From IMG/VR virus record IMGVR_UViG_3300025096_002805: a stretch of 64,000 nt of DNA. One strand, 5' to 3'. The translations under genes and the position numbers were made by a program. Origin of the DNA: an uncultured virus (IMG/VR IMGVR_UViG_3300025096_002805) (Duplodnaviria; Heunggongvirae; Uroviricota; Caudoviricetes). The notes beneath the pieces were generated by a model. That model made no database searches. It was not told where the DNA came from and worked only from the letters and a program-made list of their open reading frames with translations. Below, one piece after another: positions 58,425 to 64,000 of the stretch. How positions within the stretch are numbered: position 1 is the stretch's first letter; each line of letters starts with the position of its first letter.

Positions 58425-59405
58425 TTAAAGGGCAACGCTTATTTTATGGAGAAAATAATCATTCAAGCGTTCGTTTTCTTTTTCGTCGTAGCTCCTTTCT
58501 CCGCTAATGGAGTTCTCCTTCCAAAAAAACTTACATATTTTGCCGTGAAACATCCACGCTCTATCTGGGTGAGACTTTTTATCCCAATTTGTTACTAGAG
58601 ACGGGCCGCTGTCCCGGTTTTTTAAATCTTCAAAAAATTCATCTATTTTATCAACTGAGTTAAGCTGATCACCGTTTTCTATATGGATAGCTCTCATATT
58701 ATCAAAATAATCTGCATATTTACCTTTCCAAAGTAGCACATTTATAACAGACTCATCACTAAAGAACTCGTTCTGGTTCCTAAATATTTCTTTATCTGTT
58801 AAAATTTTACGAGCCTCTTCCCAGAAAGGCTTTGAGTCTTTATTGTAGTAAAAAAAGCATGACGACCTATAATGCTCCCTTTTGTAACCTAATTTATCGA
58901 TGCCTAGATTTTTAATTAGCCACCATTCCAGTGTTTTCTCCTCTTTGTAGCCTTCTTTTGTGTGTGGGTTGCCTTTCCCTCCAAACATCATCAACTCCCA
59001 CAGATATCTTGGTAATATGGGATAGTTTGTTGATTTCTCTCTGCCAGTTAAAAACGCAGAGTCAATATCTCTTGTTGGAAACGTGTCTACGTCTAAATAC
59101 AAAAACTCGTCAATTAGATTTGTTTCCAGTGAGTCAGCAACAATGGAAGCTTTCAAAAAACAGGAATACATGGTCTTATCCCATCCGTCTTTAATTAAAT
59201 CGTTTTTCCCAGTAGACTCGTACTCAAGTAAGTTGGGGTCATCAACTCTTTTCCAAATAACGTTTTTAAAAGACTCGGTAGGTAGAAAGTTAACGGTATA
59301 CGCTAGAACCTTGTTCTCGGAAAATTTATCCAAGAGTCTAAGTACGTTCCTCATCAAGTAATAGTACTTTTCGTCGCAAAACAAGACATAACCTTTGTTA
59401 CTCAT
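58425..59405 (-). CDS. Putative glycosyltransferase (GT-A)
   Basis: YLDVD, DESVINV. Confidence 0.6.
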   Translation of the reverse strand: MSNKGYVLFCDEKYYYLMRNVLRLLDKFSENKVLAYTVNFLPTESFKNVIWKRVDDPNLLEYESTGKNDLIKDGWDKTMYSCFLKASIVADSLETNLIDEFLYLDVDTFPTRDIDSAFLTGREKSTNYPILPRYLWELMMFGGKGNPHTKEGYKEEKTLEWWLIKNLGIDKLGYKREHYRSSCFFYYNKDSKPFWEEARKILTDKEIFRNQNEFFSDESVINVLLWKGKYADYFDNMRAIHIENGDQLNSVDKIDEFFEDLKNRDSGPSLVTNWDKKSHPDRAWMFHGKICKFFWKENSISGERSYDEKENERLNDYFLHKISVAL

Positions 59406-59446
59406 ATTCCTCCCTAAGGATAGCCTATACTGAGGCTAAAGTCAAG

Positions 59447-60421
59447 TCAAAAACCGGAGAAATCAAAAGCTGTTTTACCTTGGGGAGGGTTTCCTGTCCA
59501 GACTGGGCAACCATCGTAGTTCTTCTCTACTATTTCGTATTTATGGTCGGCCTTTAATTCATCTTTATTAAAAGCACTTCTGTATATCTTTCCAGAGTCC
59601 TTGTCTACTAGGGAGTAAAAAGTACTTGGCTTTCTAACTGGACATATCCACTTTCCGGGCTTGTCGCTGCCGCAGAGCCACCTATATTTCCTGCTATTTT
59701 TAGCTAAGTTATCAAGGGCTTTGTCTTCATCGTAGTTAGAAAGTAGATCGGCAAGTTCTGAGAGGAACATTTCAAAGCCTTCTAACTCGTCCTCTGAGAG
59801 TTTGGGGGCGACTTGCTCTGGGTTATCTGGGAACCTTAGAAATAAAAACTTAACGTTAGGTATTACCCCGTCGCTCTTAAAGGTAGCAAGGGAATACATT
59901 AGAGCTTGATAATTCGCATTTATTTCTTCTTTACTGAATTTGCTTTTGCTACTCTTGTAGTCCCAAATATCTATTCCATTTTTATAAAAAGCTTTTTTAT
60001 CAATGAAGCCATTAATAACGAAGTTATCCCCTTCTATTTCAAAATGCTCCTCTTCTTTGAGGCTTTTGCTGCCTTTACAAAAAAAGTTATGATTAAACCC
60101 TACATAAAGCATTTGATAAATAAGAGATAGATTGTCTTTGTCATTGACGTTTAAACGTTTAGTGTGTTTTGTTAGCAGTTTATTTACCGGCTTGCATCTA
60201 AGTATTGCTGTTGGGTTTTTCTTAAGTTTATTAAAGTATTTCTTTTTATGCCTCGGTTTTAGCAGTAATTCGAAGATCAAATGGACAATGGTTCCCCTAG
60301 ATGCTCCGTCGTTGGTCGTGTCAGGAACCTTTAAGAAATACTTAGAGTAGAATAGCCAACTACACGTATCTAGTGTTTTTATCTTGCTTGCGCTAAGACG
60401 TATTTTATCATTTTTAGACAT
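59447..60421 (-). CDS. PD-(D/E)XK exonuclease (RecB/Cas4-like)
   Basis: LSAS, RGT.VH, GFID, DYKSS, Q...Y. Confidence 0.85.
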   Translation of the reverse strand: MSKNDKIRLSASKIKTLDTCSWLFYSKYFLKVPDTTNDGASRGTIVHLIFELLLKPRHKKKYFNKLKKNPTAILRCKPVNKLLTKHTKRLNVNDKDNLSLIYQMLYVGFNHNFFCKGSKSLKEEEHFEIEGDNFVINGFIDKKAFYKNGIDIWDYKSSKSKFSKEEINANYQALMYSLATFKSDGVIPNVKFLFLRFPDNPEQVAPKLSEDELEGFEMFLSELADLLSNYDEDKALDNLAKNSRKYRWLCGSDKPGKWICPVRKPSTFYSLVDKDSGKIYRSAFNKDELKADHKYEIVEKNYDGCPVWTGNPPQGKTAFDFSGF

Positions 60422-61358
60422 TAAAAAAGTTTTTAAAAAGAGCAGGCTCTTTAATGTGCATTTCGTTGAAGTCGTTGTGCCCCTCCGGAAGCTTTATTGT
60501 TATCTGGTTTTCATCAAAGAATTTCAATAGTTTTTTCCTAGCATGGTAAGCTCCTTTGTTTCCTGCGCTGCTATTATTTGAATCATTATTGAAGGATAGG
60601 AATATTCTGTCTGGGTCTAGCCTAGTAAGCAGGCTCAGGGTATCTGGTGACAGACTAACCCCAAAGGTGACTATGCAGTTTTTTATCCCATGCTCCCACA
60701 GTGACAGCATGTCTCCTATGCTCTCAACTAGTACGGCCTCCTTGCTTTTTCTTATTATTTCGTGGTTAATTATTAAAGGGAATCGCCACTTAGACTTATC
60801 TCCTATTAGCTTCCATTTGGGTCTGAAGAACTTCGCGTCATCACCCTGATCTGGTTTTAAGTCTCTCCCTGCAAACCCTATTATTTGTTTTTTGTTGTTG
60901 AATATCGGGAATACATATCTGTAGGCCATCTTCCCAGAAAAAGTAGTACCGCCTTGGAAAAGGTCTAAGGTGTCGGCGCTTATACCTCTTTTAAGCCAAT
61001 AAGAATGGTCTTGGACTAGTTTGTAGAGGAGTTCGTTTTTGAAGACTTTAGTTTGAACTACTTTCGGCTCAATCTTTCTTATCTCTCTGTCTGCGTTGAG
61101 TCCTCTGTCTGACATCCATTTGGTTGTGTCAGATTTAGATTTTAAGCGCAATGTTAGCCTAACCAAATCCTCTAAACTGCCGCCAATATCTTGTCGGAAG
61201 TCCTTCCAGACTCCGTCAGCTTTCCTTATGCTTAGTACCGTTGCGCTACTCGAGTCCCTGTAGAGAGGTTTAGTTCTGAAATACTTGCCTTGGTCGCTGA
61301 GGCTATAACCAATCTCAGTTAAAATTTCTCTTATTTGATCAACGTCTAGGTTACTCAT
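60414..61358 (-). CDS. DNA primase (Toprim)
   Basis: FPI, GFAGR, VESIGD, DFNEM; adjacent to the helicase. Confidence 0.8.
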   Translation of the reverse strand: MSNLDVDQIREILTEIGYSLSDQGKYFRTKPLYRDSSSATVLSIRKADGVWKDFRQDIGGSLEDLVRLTLRLKSKSDTTKWMSDRGLNADREIRKIEPKVVQTKVFKNELLYKLVQDHSYWLKRGISADTLDLFQGGTTFSGKMAYRYVFPIFNNKKQIIGFAGRDLKPDQGDDAKFFRPKWKLIGDKSKWRFPLIINHEIIRKSKEAVLVESIGDMLSLWEHGIKNCIVTFGVSLSPDTLSLLTRLDPDRIFLSFNNDSNNSSAGNKGAYHARKKLLKFFDENQITIKLPEGHNDFNEMHIKEPALFKNFFNV

Positions 61359-62818
61359 AGTAGCTCGCTTCTATTTGGCTCTTCGTCATTAAGGGTGGCT
61401 TGGAGTGCGCCAGCCTCAACCATATTTTCAAGGGTTCCGTTTTCCGTAACTTGAAAATTGTCAATACTGTAATTAATAAAATTAGGAACATACTTATACC
61501 TATTTCCTTCGGCTACTCTAACTAAGTCGTGATGACCTTGAGCCTCTCTGCCTTGGAATCGAGTTGCCAGAGGGATTAGCTTGTGCGTCCCGAATTCCGG
61601 CCCTTCTTGGGAAATCTCTTCGGGAGTCTTCCTTCTAAAGATAGCTACAAAAGACGCAAACCACTGTAGTCGGTCTGATTGTGCAATCGCGCTGCTGTCG
61701 TCATTTCCGCTTTCGGCGGACCTGTTTAGCTGGCAAGCCGTAAGTAGTGGTATGTCTAGTTCTAATGTCAGTTCTTTTAGCGAGTTTACTTTCTCTCCTA
61801 TTAATTCATATTCTTTTTTGTTGAAGTCTTTTTCTCCTGTAAGTTTTATGTAATCATAAACAACCACGCAATCGTTGCCTCTGCCCACCTCTGAGTAGTA
61901 CCACCTTCTTATGATGGAGCATATTTCTTCTATTGGCTTTCCTGCGACAGTCATATGCTTAACTTTTTCTTGAGCTAGTTTAAGTTTGTCTTTATTTTCG
62001 TTAAACTTTTTAACCATCTCCTCGTCCTTTTTCCACATTCCTGTTTCTAGGTGCCAAACTGATATACCGGTAGCAGACGAAGCAATACGGAACTGTACGT
62101 CAACTGTCGTCATCTCTGTGTCAAGTATTAAGGCAGGGCAATTGTTCATGACCGACATTCTAGTGGCCAAGTGGGAAAGGATAGTGGATTTGCCGTGTTT
62201 TGGCCTGCTCACCCATGCGTATATGTTCCCCTTTCTAATCCCCCCAAACATCCTATTGAAGTTTCTGTAAGGGGTCTTGAGCCCCATCTCTTCTTTAGGG
62301 TCATTGGCTCTCTCTTGAATTAAGTCTTCTATGCCTCCAAAAAGATCTTCTGGTTCGTTAAGTTTCGAATAGTTTTGAATTTTTTCATTGTAGATTTGGT
62401 CTGCTTCGCTTATAATAGAGTCAGCGTCTCTGTGACCGTTAGTTTTAACAAATGTTTTAAGTTTATCTGCTGTTCCATCTATGTCGCGCCTAATCCTTAT
62501 CTTGCAAAGCTCCTGACAAGCTTCTACAACAGCGCTCTTGTTGATTTGGGTGAAGGATATATCTTCAATGTAGTTGAAGATGTCTACCTCGTTCTTAAAC
62601 GAAACTCCTAGGTTCTTTATTTGGTGAGCGAGGAGTGTTTTATCTAATTTCTTACCCGAAGATAGAATATCCTTGATGGTGGAGTATATGATGTAGTGCT
62701 CTTTAGATACGAAGTCGGACGCGTCTATGAACCTATCTACATCGAAAAAGACATTTGGGTGCTTTATTAAGCCCCCTAATACATGTCGTTCTATCTTGAG
62801 AGAAGAAATGTTAGACAT
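61355..62818 (-). CDS. dnaB: Replicative DnaB-like helicase
   Basis: RPKHGKS, DTEM, YDYI, QLNR. Confidence 0.9.
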   Translation of the reverse strand: MSNISSLKIERHVLGGLIKHPNVFFDVDRFIDASDFVSKEHYIIYSTIKDILSSGKKLDKTLLAHQIKNLGVSFKNEVDIFNYIEDISFTQINKSAVVEACQELCKIRIRRDIDGTADKLKTFVKTNGHRDADSIISEADQIYNEKIQNYSKLNEPEDLFGGIEDLIQERANDPKEEMGLKTPYRNFNRMFGGIRKGNIYAWVSRPKHGKSTILSHLATRMSVMNNCPALILDTEMTTVDVQFRIASSATGISVWHLETGMWKKDEEMVKKFNENKDKLKLAQEKVKHMTVAGKPIEEICSIIRRWYYSEVGRGNDCVVVYDYIKLTGEKDFNKKEYELIGEKVNSLKELTLELDIPLLTACQLNRSAESGNDDSSAIAQSDRLQWFASFVAIFRRKTPEEISQEGPEFGTHKLIPLATRFQGREAQGHHDLVRVAEGNRYKYVPNFINYSIDNFQVTENGTLENMVEAGALQATLNDEEPNRSELL

Positions 62819-62852
62819 TCAGCTCTTATTCTAAGCTAAACTGAATAAAAAA

Positions 62853-63170
62853 TCAAGAACAAAAATCGTCTTCGTCGTTCCAGTCCTCTTCTTTGTATTC
62901 ACTGTCGTCTTCTTCTTCTTCTGGGGGCGGGGGAGGGGCTTCTCCACAAAGCTGACTTTTAATTGTCTCTGCATTGAGTTCGTGTACACCTTGGAGCCAA
63001 TACTCAGCGCCCTTTTGTAGGGCCATCATATTTAACTCGTTATCAAACTGGGCGTAATACCTTGGCGACCCCTTGTCATCAAAGGTAAAAAGCAAAAACC
63101 CCCCATAAGAAAACTCATTTAGTTGGCTAAGTAGCTTTTCTGGAATATTAAACCTATTAAATTCCTCCAT
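62853..63170 (-). CDS. Hypothetical protein with acidic tail
   Basis: ORF in an operon. Confidence 0.7.
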   Translation of the reverse strand: MEEFNRFNIPEKLLSQLNEFSYGGFLLFTFDDKGSPRYYAQFDNELNMMALQKGAEYWLQGVHELNAETIKSQLCGEAPPPPPEEEEDDSEYKEEDWNDEDDFCS

Positions 63171-63184
63171 ATGATTATATTACA

Positions 63185-63601
63185 CTATAAATCCACTTTA
63201 AATTTATTTTTAAAAAATTGTTTTGATAAAGAATCTACCTCATCGTGGTTTATTTCTATTAGGTTATAGGAGTTTGACTCCAACCATTCCAATTTTTTAA
63301 AGTCTCTATCAATGGACTTAAGGTAATTAACCCTTGAGTTTGCGTGAAAAAACTTGTTATAGTTGCCATGTTGAGCTCCGTTTACCTCAATGGCTATTTT
63401 TTTAGTAGCGTTTAGTATGTCTACTTTCATTCTGCTGCCATACACAGGGAACTCTTCGTAGACAATACAGGTTCTCCAGTACTTCTTTAAAAACTGCTTT
63501 ACATTATACTGTAGGTTGGACCGGCTTGACTCATCCCATTTGATTAAGTATTTGTTTACGTTCCTTTTCTCAAGGCGACCATATGTATTCAAGAGTCTCA
63601 T
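63185..63601 (-). CDS. Vsr/DUF559-like endonuclease
   Basis: EEFP, VD, AIEVNGAQH, D..K..W. Confidence 0.75.
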   Translation of the reverse strand: MRLLNTYGRLEKRNVNKYLIKWDESSRSNLQYNVKQFLKKYWRTCIVYEEFPVYGSRMKVDILNATKKIAIEVNGAQHGNYNKFFHANSRVNYLKSIDRDFKKLEWLESNSYNLIEINHDEVDSLSKQFFKNKFKVDL

Positions 63602-63768
63602 TTCCACTTACAGTAGCGTGGGTTCTCTGCTCTTTTGCGGCGCATGTAGTCTCTTTTTTGTTCTCTGCGTTTTTCCGCATTTTCTAGGTCATATTTTTTT
63701 TGAGCGCGGCGAACTGCCTCTTTCCCTTTTTGGGTTTTTCTGTATTTCTCTTGGCTGTCCTTTTTCAT
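63598..63768 (-). CDS. Small basic protein (56 aa, not in ORF track)
   Basis: Hand-translated; ATGA overlap with the next gene. Confidence 0.6.
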   Translation of the reverse strand: MKKDSQEKYRKTQKGKEAVRRAQKKYDLENAEKRREQKRDYMRRKRAENPRYCKWK

Positions 63769-64000
63769 CTCTCGTCCACTGGGAGCAGTAACTCTTCGCG
63801 GATTATTTTTCGGTTTTTTGAGCTAAGGGAAGCTAATCTGAAATTACTTGACGTATTTGCGCGAACTTTTTATTGATGAATGCAACGGCGTCGCAATCGG
63901 CTGCGTTCCTTTGCCGAAGGGATTTGATCTGGTATTCAATGTGCCTCTTCATCTCGGACCGAACATGATCCCGCATAAGGATCTTATCATGCTTGACTTT

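Noticed and set aside
59447..60421. Cas4 / CRISPR adaptation gene
   Set aside because: Solo PD-(D/E)XK nuclease in the replication module, which is common in phages; no cas1 or cas2
19388..63791. Many short plus-strand ORFs
   Set aside because: They are antisense shadows of well-supported minus-strand genes
1..64000. Alternative genetic code or cellular origin
   Set aside because: Long conserved genes are intact in code 11 and use all three stop codons; gene content (rIIA/rIIB, tiny ORFs, no housekeeping operons) is phage-like

Overview
This 64-kb window is part of a large lytic phage genome: dense small ORFs, rIIA/rIIB, a replication module and four CCA-encoding tRNAs, with no host housekeeping genes. 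The host is probably a PVC bacterium, most likely Verrucomicrobiota; this is inferred from prepilin/H-X9-DG genes and secreted proteins. From left to right it holds: (1) a nitrogen-uptake module (amt plus an outer-membrane barrel, with a sigma54-like promoter); (2) a convergent early region of about 12.5 kb (5.9-18.5 kb) with more than 20 near-consensus sigma70 promoters driving tiny, mostly leaderless genes; (3) small hypotheticals and rIIA/rIIB; (4) a glycosylation/ADP-heptose island; (5) auxiliary genes (SET, HIT, HMA, prepilins); and (6) class II RNR, a split DnaE, primase and helicase. The most striking feature is an array of nine ~74-bp elements in the early region. Each is two 25-bp palindromes (TAAGTCRTTG-N5-CAAYGACTTA, containing IHF-consensus sites) around a 24-26-bp C-rich core that occurs in either orientation, and most sit between the end of one gene module and the next promoter. 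The same region carries a two-copy covarying three-way-junction RNA motif, other candidate structured RNAs and an unannotated 38-aa ArfA-like peptide. All calls come from reading the sequence; no searches were run.
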